From: Octopus sinensis
Taxonomy: Eukaryota
Direction of reading: 5' to 3'
DNA: 64,000 bases
NCBI RefSeq assembly: GCF_006345805.1
Contig: NC_043014.1
Coordinates: 46,252,001-46,316,000 of the forward strand
Part shown: positions 13,441 through 25,145 of the stretch, piece after piece
Layout of the letters: every line of letters begins with the position of its first letter
Position numbering within the stretch: the stretch's first letter is position 1
Translations under genes and position numbers: made by a program
Notes under the pieces: generated by a model
Databases searched by the model: none
The model's input: the letters and a program-made list of their open reading frames with translations, nothing else
What the model was told of the DNA's origin: nothing

Positions 13441-13864
13441 TCCAGTGCTCACCTGGTGCTTATTTAATCAACCCTGAAAGGGATGAAAGGTACTTGAACC
13501 CAGAATGTACAGATACACAGAAATGCCACTAAATATTTTGCCCATTGTACTAATGAATCCACCCGCTCTCTGCCTTATTTATGCTAGTTTAATAATGACA
13601 ATTATAATAATTATAGAGATGTACTTGCATAGCGAGTGCTCAGCCACTTACACGTTAATTTCACAAGCAGGCTGTTCCATTGATCGGATCAACTGGAACC
13701 CTCGTCGTCGTAACCGACGGAGTGCTCCTATTAATAAAGCATATTACCCTACCTGCGGTATTCAAGTACTAATTTTTTCCACCTTGTTTCACATTTATGT
13801 GATTACTCTGGTATATATATATATTATATATATATATATATATGTATATATATTTATGACGAAG

Positions 13865-13937
13865 CTCACTGATGAGCTGTAGATTTAATGTGTAAGTAAA
13901 ATTGCATAATTTATTAACAGTGAAACAATTGTCTGGG
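13865..13937 (+). ncRNA. Minimal type I hammerhead motif in direct repeat 1
   Basis: CTCA CTGATGA GCTGT...ACAGT GAAA C-AATT-G TC TGGG; palindromic CAATTG stem III. Confidence 0.7.
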
Positions 13938-14394
13938 GTTAATCTATATTTTTGTTATTTTTCATTTGTCCTGCTCGCTTACGTTCATAGTTGTGCTAAT
14001 TTTTCTTGAGAACAATTCTTAGTGGTTGAGACCATTGCGGATCTATTTTTAGCATTAGACTGTCCACATAGTGGAATCTCTCTCATACTTGTGTATTAAT
14101 ATTTACTGAATCTCAGTTTTTTTATGCGCTAAACCACTTGGTGTTAAATTGATGTTATTAAATTAATATCCAATTTTTTCACCCTTATTTTGATCTTAAT
14201 TATAAATTAATATGTTCTCAAACCGGCACTAACTGCTGCAGTAAATTACTTATGCAGCATTTATTTCCGGGAATTTTGGCGCGCTCGAACGAGGGCATTT
14301 GAACATAACTGCGAATATAATAGGCCAAACTACTCGTATTTTTGACCTCATGTTAATATCTGGCGTGCAGTTCAACAAATTATATTTTATGACG

Positions 14395-14473
14395 AATCTC
14401 ACTGATGAGCTATAGATTTATTGTGTAAGTAAAATTGCATAATTTATTAACAGTGAAACAATTGTCTGGGGTT
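14395..14473 (+). ncRNA. Minimal type I hammerhead motif in direct repeat 2
   Basis: AATCTCA CTGATGA GCTAT...ACAGT GAAACAATTGTC TGGGGTT; 7-bp stem I including G-U pairs; 533 nt from the first copy. Confidence 0.65.
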
Positions 14474-14628
14474 AATCTATATTTTTGTTATTTTTCATTT
14501 GTCCTGCTCGCTTACGTTCATAGTTGTGCTAATTTTTCTTGAGAATAATTCTTAGTGGTTGAGACCATTGCGGATCTATTTTTAGTGTAAGAGCGTCCAC
14601 ATAGTGGATTCTCTCTCATACTTGTGTG

Positions 14629-14668
<40 letters not shown>

Positions 14669-15129
14669 AGTCTGTGCGTGTGTCTGTGTGTGCATGTGTG
14701 TACACATACGTATATTGAGAGTGAGTTTTTATCTTCTGTCTTTTACTTGTTTTACTTTCTGGACAACGGTCATGCCGGGGCACCACCTTGAAAAGTTTAG
14801 TCAAACAACCCCCCCCATCCTCCCAGTTACTTCTCTTTTTTTAAAAAAAGACCTGGTACTTATCCAGTCGATCTCTTTTACCAAACCACCGCATAACAGG
14901 GATGCAAACAAACCAACAGACCACACGTGAGTAATGCCACTAGTGATGTGATAGAATACAGGAATGTGGTGAAAAGCTCTGGCTGGGTAATGAAAAGCAA
15001 ACGAGGACCAGAAAATCCACCCACCTTCCCTGCTCTCCCTATTTCTATTCTATTCCCCAACATTCACACAAAAGTTTTTGCTCAATTCTATCTCCTCATC
15101 CTTTGCAGTTCTCTTGATGTTCTGATAAT

Positions 15130-15456
15130 TTTGTTTGAAATAGGTACCATACCAAAGTTCTATATCTACATTCAGTCCACCATGAAATAGGTACCCTATT
15201 CAAAGTACTTTCATACTTATATTTCTATGTTCAATCATCCTCAGAATAAGTACCACATTCAAGGTACATATATCTCAATGTCCAGTTCAATTTGGAATAG
15301 GTACCCTGTTCAAGGTACTTACTTATATCCCTATGTTCAATCATCCTTGAAGTAAGCACTACATTCAAGGTACATATATCTCAATGTCCAGTTCAATTTG
15401 GAATAGGTACCCTGTTCAAGGTACTTACACATTTATATCTCTATGTTCAATCGTTG
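15130..15456. repeat. Degenerate minisatellite (AATAGGTACC...TTCAAGGTAC), interrupted by a SINE and resuming at 15841-15930
   Basis: Repeated ~40-bp subunits in ~80-bp higher-order units. Confidence 0.7.
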
Positions 15457-15984
15457 AGGCGCGATGGCCCAGTGGTTAGGGCAGCGGACTCGCAGTCATA
15501 GGATCGCGGTTTCGATTCCCAGATCATGCATTGTGAGTGTTTATTGAGCGAAAACACCTAAAGCTTCATGAGGCTCCTGCAGGGGGTGGTGGTGAACCCT
15601 GCTGTACTCTTTCACCACAACTTTCTCTCACTCTTACTTCCTGTTTCTGTTGTACCTGTATTTCAAAGGGCTGGCCTTGTCACACTCTGTGTCACGCTGA
15701 ATATCCCTGAGAACTACCGTTAAGGGTACACAATGTGTCTGTGGAGTGCTCAGCCACTTACACGTTAATTTCACGAGCAGGCTGTTCCGTTGATCGGATC
15801 AACCGGAACCCTCGTCGTCGTAACCAACGGAGTGCTTCCATATGTTCAATCATCCTTGGATTAAGTATCATATTCAGGGTACATATATCTCAATGTCTGA
15901 TCCGCTTTGGAATAGGCACCATGTTCGGAGTATCATATTACAATGCTGAAGATTATGTGGTGGGTGAAAAATTACCGGTCTTAC

Positions 15985-16035
15985 CTGTGAAAGAATTTCC
16001 ATCGGTCAGCTCCTTGGACTTGTGGTTCTGGGTCT
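15985..16035 (-). CDS. CFAP91: CFAP91 coding exon 4
   Basis: TTTACAG acceptor, GTAAG donor; phase 2-2; DPEPQVQGADRWKFFH(R), matching the V.G..R.K.F.RP motif. Confidence 0.85.
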
Positions 16036-17694
16036 CTGTAAATAAAAGACGTGAAATGCTTACTTCAATAAACAAATCTGGGAACAGTATGTGTATACAG
16101 GCCTGTATACACATAAATCTGTGTGTGCATGTGTATGTGTGTCTACATACATACATACATACTCACATACATACATACATACATACATACATACATACAT
16201 ACATACATACATACATGCATGCATCCATGCATACATACATGCATGCATGCATCCATCCATCCATCCATACATACATACATACTCACATACATACATACAT
16301 ACATACATGCATACATACATACATACATACATACATACATACATACATACATACATACATGCATGCATGCATACATCCATCCATCCATACATACATACAT
16401 ACTCACATACATACATACATACATGCATACATGCATACATACATACATACATACATACATACATACATACATACATACATACATGGATACATACATACAT
16501 ACATACAGACAGACAGACAAATACACACACACACATACATACATACATAGCCTGAGGGGGCCTGTGCTGTTAGGTGCTAACTAGACACAAGCTGGAACTC
16601 CATCAACCCCGGCTGGGTCATCTAGGTGATGGTGTCTGATGTGTGTGTATTATATTATATAGGCACAGGAGTGGCTGTGTGGTAAGTAGCTTGTTTACCA
16701 GCCACATGGTTCCGGGTTCAGTCCCACTGCATAGCACCTTGGACAAGTGTCTTCTACTATAGCCTCGGGCTGACCAAAGCCTTGTGAGTGGATTTGGTAG
16801 ACGGAAACTGAAAGAAGCCTGTCGTATATATGTATATATATATATATGCATGTGTGTTTGTCCTAGCATTGCTTGACAACCGATGCTGGTGTGTTTATGT
16901 CCCCGTTACTTAGCGGTTCAGCAAAAGAGACCGATAGAATAAGTACTGGGCTTACAAAAGAATAAGTCCCAGGGTCGAGTTGCTCGATTAAAGGCGGTGC
17001 TCCAGCATGGCCGCAGTCAAATGACTGAAACAAGTAAAAGAGTAAAGAGTATATATATACACGTGCAAAACGCCCCCCACCATCCAATGGATGGTGTTGA
17101 GTTGTCAAACATTTAAACCAAATTTTCTCAAAACAACTTGCCCGACCGTCCCATAGGCCTCCCCTTTGAGAAACACTGATTTAACCTAAATTTGAGACAC
17201 CAGCAAAAGAAGAAATAAAGATAGACTTTTTTGCTATTCCAAGAAAAACGATTTTACAAATGCACGTTCCCACGGCTTTATTGATCGCATTCTCACCTGG
17301 AATCGATTTTGTCATTTTTTCAAGACTTATACACGCCCTGATACCGTCGGTATCTACATATCAAATTTGAGCGCAATCAGATGGAGGATGCCCGAGATCC
17401 TAGAAGACACACACACACACAGACAGACAGAACGGATTTTATATAATAGATATATTATATACTCTTTTACTCTTTTACTTGTTTCAGTCATTTGACTGCG
17501 GCCATGCTGGAGCACCGCCTTTAGTCGAGCAACTCGACCCCGGGACTTATTCTTTGTAAGCCCAGTACTTATTCTATTGGCCTTTTTTGCCGAACCGCTA
17601 AGTGACGGGGACATAAACACACCAGCATTGGTTGTCAAGCAATGCTAGGGAGACAAACACAGACACACAAACACATACACACACACACACACAC

Positions 17695-17742
<48 letters not shown>

Positions 17743-18552
17743 GACAGGCTTCTTTCAGTTTCCGTCTACCAAATCCACTCACAAGGCATTGGTCGGCCCG
17801 GGGCTATAGCCCAAGATGCCACGCAGAGGGGCTGAACCCGGAACCATGTGGTTGGTTAGCAAGCTACTTACCACACAGCCACTCCTGCGCTACTCCTTGC
17901 TCGACTAAAGGTGGTGCTCCAGCATGGCCACAGTCAAATGACTGAAACAAGTAAAAGAGTAAAAGAGAATACTTCCCTTTTTCCTACACACACACACATA
18001 TACTCACAGTTTGCCATCACACCTTCCTTCCTTATCCATCTATCACCCTTTCCTTTTTCGTTCATATGTTGTGACGGAGAAAACACGAGAGCATTATAAT
18101 AATAAGGTAATACAGGTTTCAAACTTTGGCGCAAGGCCGGCAATTTCAGGAGAATGGGTAAGTTGATTATATCAGTCCCTAGTGCTCACCTGGTGCTTAT
18201 TTAATCAACCCTGAAAGGTACTTGAACCCAGAATGTACAGATACAGAGAAATGCCACTAAATATTTTGCCCATTGTACTAATGAATCCACCAGCTCACTG
18301 CCTTATTTATGCTAGTTTAATAAAGACAATTATAATAATTACAGAGATGTACTTGCATAGCGAGTGACTTGATCTGAGATCGTGTGCTGGAACGAAAACA
18401 ATTGCAGCATGGAAGGTGTTTATAAGCCATTTAAGAAACACACAAAAACCATTATATTCACTTCAACATTTAAGTTTAATTCGTCAAAATATTTTCGGTG
18501 CTTTGAGACCGCGACCTGTTCACTGACAAAAATCCAAGATGCAGCACGGATT

Positions 18553-18603
18553 TTTGTCAGTGAACAGGTCGCGGTCTTATAGCGACGAAAATATTTTGAC
18601 AAA
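18553..18603 (+). ncRNA. Hammerhead-like motif with G3:C8 swapped core (mirror copy on minus strand ~18481-18530)
   Basis: TTTGTCA GTGAACA G GTCGC-loop-GCGAC GAAA ATATTT TGACAAA: 7-bp stem I, 5-bp stem II, palindromic AATATT stem III. Confidence 0.5.
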
Positions 18604-18647
18604 TTAAATTTATATGTTGAAGTGAATCTAACAGTTTTGTGTGTTTC

Positions 18648-19110
18648 TTAACCCTTTCGTTACTGTATTTATTTTGAGATGCTCTGTTTCAAATATAACA
18701 AAGAATTTAGTAAAATAACTTAGTTACCATTCAGCTAGTGTTAGGAACATAAATTGCGACTAAGGTTTGGTGGAAAATTTTAATTCAAAACTTATGAAAA
18801 CAAAACATTTGTACTCAGAGCCAGAGGTGGTCTCAGCTGGGTTGGTATTAAAAGGGTTAAGAATTGTTTCTCTATTATATATTTTAACCCTTTCGTTACT
18901 GTATTTATTTTGAGATGTTCTGTGTTTCTTTCAATTACTTTAAATATAACAAAGAATTTAGTAAAATTACTTGGTTATCATTCAGCTAGTGTTAGGAACA
19001 TAAATTGTGACTAAGGTTTGGTGGAAGATTTTAATTCAAAACTTATGAAAACAAGACATTTGTACTCAGAGCCAGAGCCGGTTTCAGCCGGGTTGGTCAC
19101 GAAAGGGTTT
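18648..19110. mobile_element. piggyBac-like MITE dimer
   Basis: Two TTAACCCTTT...AAAGGGTT units joined by a 24-bp linker. The same dimer occurs inverted at 55232-55700. Confidence 0.75.
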
Positions 19111-19167
19111 ATAAACACCTTCTATGCTGCAATTATAATAATGATAATGAAATAAATGAAAAGTTAC

Positions 19168-19295
19168 CTGTTCTTAATACCACTCCACTGCCTCGGTATA
19201 AATAGAGGGATAGGGTCCACTGTTTCATACTGTATCGTGCGATGTGGATAGTGACGCATCTCGCTGTACATATTATTGTAGTTTGGTACCGATTT
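19168..19295 (-). CDS. CFAP91: CFAP91 coding exon 3
   Basis: CAG acceptor, GTAAC donor; KSVPNYNNMYSEMRHYPHRTIQYETVDPIPLFIPRQWSGIKN(R), similar to CFAP91 VP...MFS.L.HYP......DPVP.FI.R.W.G. Confidence 0.9.
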
Positions 19296-19515
19296 CTGCC
19301 AAATACGAAACAAACGAAATATATTACTCTGTGTGTCTGTGAGTTTGTTTTTGTTAGGAGTGGCTGTGTGGTAAGTAGCTTGTATACCAACCACATGGTT
19401 CCGGGTTCAGTCCCACTGCATGGCACCTTGGGCAAGTGTCTTCTTCTATAGCCTCAGGCCAACCAAAGGATTGTGAGTGAATTTGGTAGATAGAAACTGA
19501 AAGAAGCCCGTCGTA

Positions 19516-19593
<78 letters not shown>

Positions 19594-19788
19594 GTGTGTG
19601 GTGTGTGTGTGTGTGTGTGCGTGTATGTTTGTGTGTCTGTGTTTGTCCCCCTAGCATTGCTTGACAACCGATGCTGGTGTGTTTATGTCCCCGTCACTTA
19701 GCGGTTCGGCAAAAAAGACCGATAGAATAAGTACTGGGCTTACAAAATGTGTTGGGTATCTGTGTGCATTTTGTGCAAATATACTCAC

Positions 19789-19865
19789 CAGCTTAGAGTC
19801 TGTGAAGAAAGATTTGTACAGTGACTTCTTGTGGTCCCTCTCCCCACTGACAGTGTAAACTGGGT
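19789..19865 (-). CDS. CFAP91: CFAP91 coding exon 2
   Basis: CAG acceptor, GTGAG donor; (D)PVYTVSGERDHKKSLYKSFFTDSKL; phases match neighbours (1 in, 0 out). Confidence 0.88.
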
Positions 19866-21316
19866 CTGTGGAAATGACAGCAATAAAATCACAAATAACA
19901 TTGGTACAGCTCTTAAAATAATGATGACGATAATGCTGATGAGGATGATGGTGATGATGACAATGATAATGATGATGATGGTGGTGATGTTCCTTTCCAC
20001 TACAGACACGGGGAATGAAATTTTGGGGGAGAGAAGGGTGGTCAGTTACATCGACCCCAGTCTTAAACAGGTACTTATTTCCTCAAGCCCGTGTGGATAA
20101 AGGGTACATTCAAACTTATTTCTTTATTGCCCATAAGGGACTAAACATGGAGGGGACAAACAAGGACAGACAAAGGGATTAAGTCGAATACATCGACCCC
20201 AGTGCATAACTGGTACTTATTTAATCAACCCCGAAAGGATGAAAGGCAAAGTCGACCATGGCAGAATTTGAACTCAGAACGTAAAGACAGACGAAATGCC
20301 TATTTTTTTACTACCCACAAGGGGCTAAACACAGAGGAGACAAACAAGGACAGACAAACGGATTAAGTCGATTACATCGACCCTAGTGTGTAACTGTACT
20401 TAATTTATCAACCCCGAAGGATGAAAGGCAGACTTGGCAGATTTGAACTCAGGATGAAAGACAGACTACCTATTTTTTTAATACACACAAGGGGCTAAAC
20501 ACAGAGGGGACAGGACAGACAACGGATTAAGTCGATTTTATCGACACCAGTGCATAACTGGTACTTAATTTATCGACCCCGAAAGGATGAAAGGCAAAGA
20601 CGACCTTGGCAGAATTTGAACTCAGGATGTAAAGACAGACAAAATACCTATTTTTTTACTACCCACAAGGGGCTAAACACAGAAGGGAGAAACAAGGACA
20701 GACAAACGGATTAAGTCGATTATATCGACACCAGTGCATAACTGGTACTTAATTTATCGACCCCGAAAGGATGAAAGGCAAATTCGACCTTGGCAGAATT
20801 TGAACTCAGAACGTAAAGACAGACGAAATATTGCTAAGTATTTCACCCGGCGCGCTAACGTTTCTGCCAGCATGCTACCTTAGGCACATTCAAACTTGGC
20901 AAAATTTGAACCCAGAATGTAAGGACTTGGTTCTGTTATGACCCCTCAAGACTCATGAGGCTGGAGCTTAATCTGCTTCCCATGGCATACAAGTGAAATT
21001 ACAACATTTTTCTCCTTGATGGGATGCTTGTCCATTGTAGGGTTAACTTCCCAAATATTGCTGCATGCCCCTGGCTGAGGGGGTACACTGGTAGGCATTG
21101 TCCTGCTCACTGTCCAATGGTGCACCCTCAGATTTTGAAAATATCTTTCACAAAAATTTTACTGCAGTACATTTCTGGCAGTTTGACTAACATGACTGTC
21201 ACTAAGGTGGGGTGGGGGGGCACTGGACGGCACTGCCCGACCCCCTCAACATTCAATGGTTGCGCCCTTAGATTTAGAAAATACAGTTCACAAAAATCTT
21301 CTCACAATACAAATTA

Positions 21317-21729
21317 GGGATCTTTTCGGTTTGAACGGCAGTTTTTTCTGGCGGTGTCATATGAAATTGTCACCCATAATTATGACCCTAGAATCGATCT
21401 ATTGCATTTCAATCTGTTTTAGGGTTAGGGGTGGGGGGAAGGGTATCTTTTTTTTCTTCACGAATGTAAATAAACCCAATCTGTTTCTTAAACGAGGGAC
21501 ATATTCATACGGCACAGAATGCTTTTTACCTCAATAGACGTCATTGATTGGTTGAAATTGCAGAAATTGAAGAAAAAACAACAAATATCTTACAAACCAT
21601 AGAATTTTCGTAATAAAGCCAAGAGAAAAAGATGTTTTATAAACACATTCTACCAGTATACGAAGTTTAAAATTTTTTAGTTACGTGGAAATTATTTTAA
21701 AAAACTACCGTTCAAACCGAAAAGATCCC
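21317..21729. mobile_element. MITE, second copy of the 6813-7223 family
   Basis: Same TIRs and internal sequence. Confidence 0.85.
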
Positions 21730-21779
21730 AAATTTTATCCAACAAAAACAATAACAATATGTAACAAAAACATCTTTAA

Positions 21780-21950
21780 ATGACGGGGTCTGATCGTCTG
21801 CCAAGCAAATGGGAAGCAGTAATTGAAGTAGATGGTGAATAAGCTCCGGAATAATCATTGAAAGATGTTTTTGTTACCTGTTGTTATTGTTTTTGTTGAA
21901 TGAAATTTGTTGGAAAAAATGAAAAAAAAGCCGCAACACCAACCCAATAG
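21780..21950 (+). mobile_element. Mariner-like 3' end remnant
   Basis: Degenerate L..KWEAVIEVDGE* transposase C-terminus and a terminal CACCAACCCAATA. Confidence 0.5.
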
Positions 21951-21958
21951 ATACTTAC

Positions 21959-22028
21959 CATATATATTGTCGTGCGTACGGGCTTCTTCGGCGACAATCA
22001 GACGTTCTTTTAGTACATGCCTCGACAT
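21959..22028 (-). CDS. CFAP91: CFAP91 (MAATS1/AAT-1, cilia/flagella radial-spoke-associated protein) coding exon 1
   Basis: ATG at 22028 (ACAAAAATG context). Translates MSRHVLKERLIVAEEARTHDNIY+G, then GTAAG donor. Joined to the next exon it gives RTHDNIYDPVYTVSGERDH, resembling the CFAP91 N-terminal R.YD.LYDP..VS.E.DH motif. Confidence 0.85.
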
Positions 22029-22257
22029 TTTTGTAGGTAATGAAGTCAACGCTTGGCTATATAAAACTATTTTTGATCAGTGCTAACGCATGAAACTCTC
22101 GGACCTTGAACCAGCTTCTGTTAAATATTAATAAAGAAATAGATATAGTAATAGGTTTATATTTGTATAGTGACTGTATGCAAGAACGTACGTATTTATC
22201 AGTGGATGTATGTGCGTGTGAGTGTGTGTGTGTGTGTGTTTTTTTGATAAATTCTCA

Positions 22258-22295
<38 letters not shown>

Positions 22296-22380
22296 TGTGC
22301 AAGTGTGTGTGTGTGTGTGTATGGTCGTCGGATAGGATGTAGATAGAATACACACGGAAACAGAAAAAAAGTTTATGGCA

Positions 22381-22394
22381 GTTGCTGTGGTTAC
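22381..22394 (-). promoter_or_regulatory. RFX X-box upstream of CFAP91
   Basis: Minus strand reads GTAACC-AC-AGCAAC, fitting the GTNRCC(N0-3)RGYAAC consensus, ~350 bp upstream of the ATG of a ciliary gene. Confidence 0.6.
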
Positions 22395-22450
22395 AAGACA
22401 AGGGGGAAACAACTCTAATGCGATGACGACAATCGCTATAAAAAAAAAAA

Positions 22451-22770
22451 GACTCCGCCAGTTACGACGACGAGGGTCCCAGCTGATACGATCAGCGGAA
22501 CAGCTTGCTCGTGAAATTAACGTGCAAATGGCTGAGCATTCCACAGGCACGTGTACCCTTAACGTAGTTCTCGGAGATAATCAGCGTGACACAGAGAGTG
22601 ACAAGGCTGACCCTTTGAAATACAAGTACAACTCATTTTTGCCAGCTGAGTGGACTGGAGCAACGTGAAATAAAGTGTCTTGCTCAAGGACACAACGCGT
22701 CGCCGGGAATCGAACTCACAACCTTACGATCATGAGCCGAATGCCCTAACCACTAAGCCACGCGCCCTCA
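22451..22770 (-). mobile_element. tRNA/CORE-like SINE sharing the family C tail
   Basis: Head GGCGCGTGGCTTAGTGGTTAGGGCATTCGGCTCATGATC, CCTTGAGCAAGACACTT core, same 3' tail as 13059-13440. Confidence 0.8.
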
Positions 22771-23269
22771 CATCGACAATCGCTATACGTAATTACGAAA
22801 GGCGGCGAGCTGGCAGACACGTTAGCGCGCCGGGCGAAATGCTGAGCGGTATTTCGTCTGCCGCTACGTTCTGAGTTCAAATTCCGCCGAGGTCGACTTT
22901 GCCTTTCATCCTTTCGGGGTCGATTAAATAAGTACCAGTTACACACTGGGGTCGATGTAATCGACTTAATACCTATGTCTGTCCTTGTTTGTCCCCTCTG
23001 TGTTTAGCCCCTTGTGGGTAATAAAGAAATAGGTATTTCGTCTGTCGTTTCGTTCTGAGTTCAAATTCCGCCGAGGTCAACTTTGCCTTTCATCCTTTCG
23101 GGGTCGATAAATAAAGTACCAGTTTCGCACCGGGGTATATATAATCGACTCAATCCCTTCATCTGTCCTTGTTTGTCCCCTCTATGTTTAGCCCCTTCTG
23201 AGCAGTAAAGAAATATATATATGTAATTACGAAACCATGAGGTTTGATTGTAACAGCGTATGATGCTGA

Positions 23270-23740
23270 TATGCAGTATCTGTGCAAGACCCTGCCTCAG
23301 TAAAAGCTGGACTCAAGAGTCATCTTCGTAGTCATAAAGCGAGACAGCTGAGTGACAACCTGGCCACTGGTGGTGGTGTAATACACCATACAAATCATAT
23401 TTGTCGGGCATGTGGAAGAGAATGTAATTCGGCAAGAGGACTTAAACGACATGCGAAGGTACATGAAGCCCAGTTGCAACTACAGCCGGCTATTGCCGGT
23501 AAAGGTATTAGTTGCCAATTCTGTACAAAACATTGTAGATCTTTAGCTGGGCTAAAAAAAAGTCACATTCGGTCACAGCACCAGCAACAGTTAAGCTTTG
23601 TGCAATGGCCATATTCGATAACGAGGGGGCAGCCATCATGCATGCATGCATGCATGTATGTATGTATGTGTATGTATGTATGTATGTATGTATGTATGTA
23701 TGTATGTATGTATGTATGTATTCATACGTATGTATGTATT
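23270..23740 (+). mobile_element. LINE (RTE-like) 3' end with C2H2 zinc fingers and (ATGT)n tail
   Basis: CRACGRECNSARGLKRHAKVH and CQFCTKHCRSLAGLK.SHIRSQH. The same 3' UTR recurs inverted at 63778-63830, also next to (CATA)n. Confidence 0.65.
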
Positions 23741-23838
23741 CGGAGACGATGAAATAAGTACCAGTTACATACTGGAGTCGATATAATCGACTAACTCATC
23801 CTCCCAAATTTCTGGCCTTGTGCCTTTAGTAGAAAGGA

Positions 23839-23965
<127 letters not shown>

Positions 23966-24769
23966 CATTATTATTATTATTATTTATAATTATCATTATT
24001 ATTATTATTATTATTACTATTTTCTACTCTAGGCATTGTGCCCGAAATCTTTGGGGAGAGGGCCAGTCGATTAGATCGACTCCAGTACACAACTGGTACT
24101 TTATTTATCGACCCCGAAAGAATGAAAGGCAAAGTCGACCTCGGCGGAATTTGAACTCAGAACGTAAAGACAGACAAAATAGCTATTTCTGTTTCTTTAC
24201 TACCCACAAGGGACTAAACACAGGAGGACAAACAAACGGATTAAGTGGATTATATCGGCCACAGTGCGTAACTGGTACTTATTTAATCGACCCCGAAAGG
24301 ATGAAAGGCAAAGTCGACCTCGGCGGAATTTGAACGCAGACGAAATACCTATTTCTTTATTACCCACAAGGGGCTAAACACAGAGGGGACAAACAAGGAC
24401 AGACATAGGTATTAAGTCGATTACATCGACCCCAGTGCGTAACTGGTACTTAATTTATCGACCCCGAAAGGATGAAAGGCAAAGTCGACCTCGGCGGAAT
24501 ATGAACTCACAACGTAACGCAGACGAAATACCGCTAAGCATTTCGCCCGGCGTGCTAACGGTTCTGCCAGCTCGCCGCCTTAGGATCATCATCATCATCA
24601 TTATTATTAAGGCGGCGAACTGGCAGAATTGTTAACAAATCAGAATCATTAATAAGCCAGGCAAAACGCTTAGTGGTAATTTCATCGAGGTCTACTTTGC
24701 CTTTCATCCTTTCTGGGTCGATAAATTAAGTACCAGTCAAATACTAGGGAAAGTCAATGTGAATAAATA

Positions 24770-25145
24770 AATCAAAATCGTAATCGATCGCCACCAATGG
24801 AATTTGTAGCTGTGATACCAGTGCCGGTGGCACGTAAGAGAACCATCCGAAAGTGGCCGTAGCCAGCGCCGCCTCGACTGGCCCCCGTGCCGGTGGCACT
24901 TAAAAAGCACCATCCGATCGTGGCCGTTTGCCAACCTCGTCTGGCACCTGTGCCGGTGGCACGTAAAAAGCACCCACTACACTCACGGAGTGGTTGGCGT
25001 TAGGAAGGGCATCCAGCTGTAGAAACACTGCCAGATCAGACTGGGCCTGGTGCAGCCTTCTGGCTTCCCAGACCCCAGTTGAACCGTCCAACCCATGCTA
25101 GCATGGAAAGCGGACGTTAAACGATGATGATGATGATGATGATGA
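24770..25145 (+). mobile_element. Short RTE-3'UTR-derived element
   Basis: GAGTGGTTGGCGTTAGGAAGGGCATCCAGC...CCAACCCATGCTAGCATGGAAAGCGGACGTTAAAC(GAT)n, matching the tail of the 37419-40487 LINE. Other copies at ~34378-34742, 36545-36772, 44675-45050, 46660-47230, 57605-57896 and 61270-61540. Confidence 0.8.

Larger units (their letters stand above)
13853..14626 (+). mobile_element. Penelope-like pLTR / retrozyme-like element: two ~240-bp hammerhead-containing direct repeats around a ~290-bp spacer
   Basis: 13853-14095 is repeated at 14386-14626; flanked by (TA)n/(TG)n. A related sequence forms an inverted-repeat remnant at 62710-63055. Confidence 0.6.
18400..19133. mobile_element. Penelope-like inverted-repeat remnant interrupted by a piggyBac-like MITE dimer
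   Basis: Arms 18432-18535 and 18548-18650 are reverse complements. The right arm resumes at ~19110-19133 after the insertion. Confidence 0.6.

Noticed and set aside
23282-23752. Stand-alone C2H2 zinc-finger gene
   Set aside because: No ATG start or splice context, no TGEKP linkers, and it ends in a dispersed LINE-like 3' UTR with a microsatellite tail.
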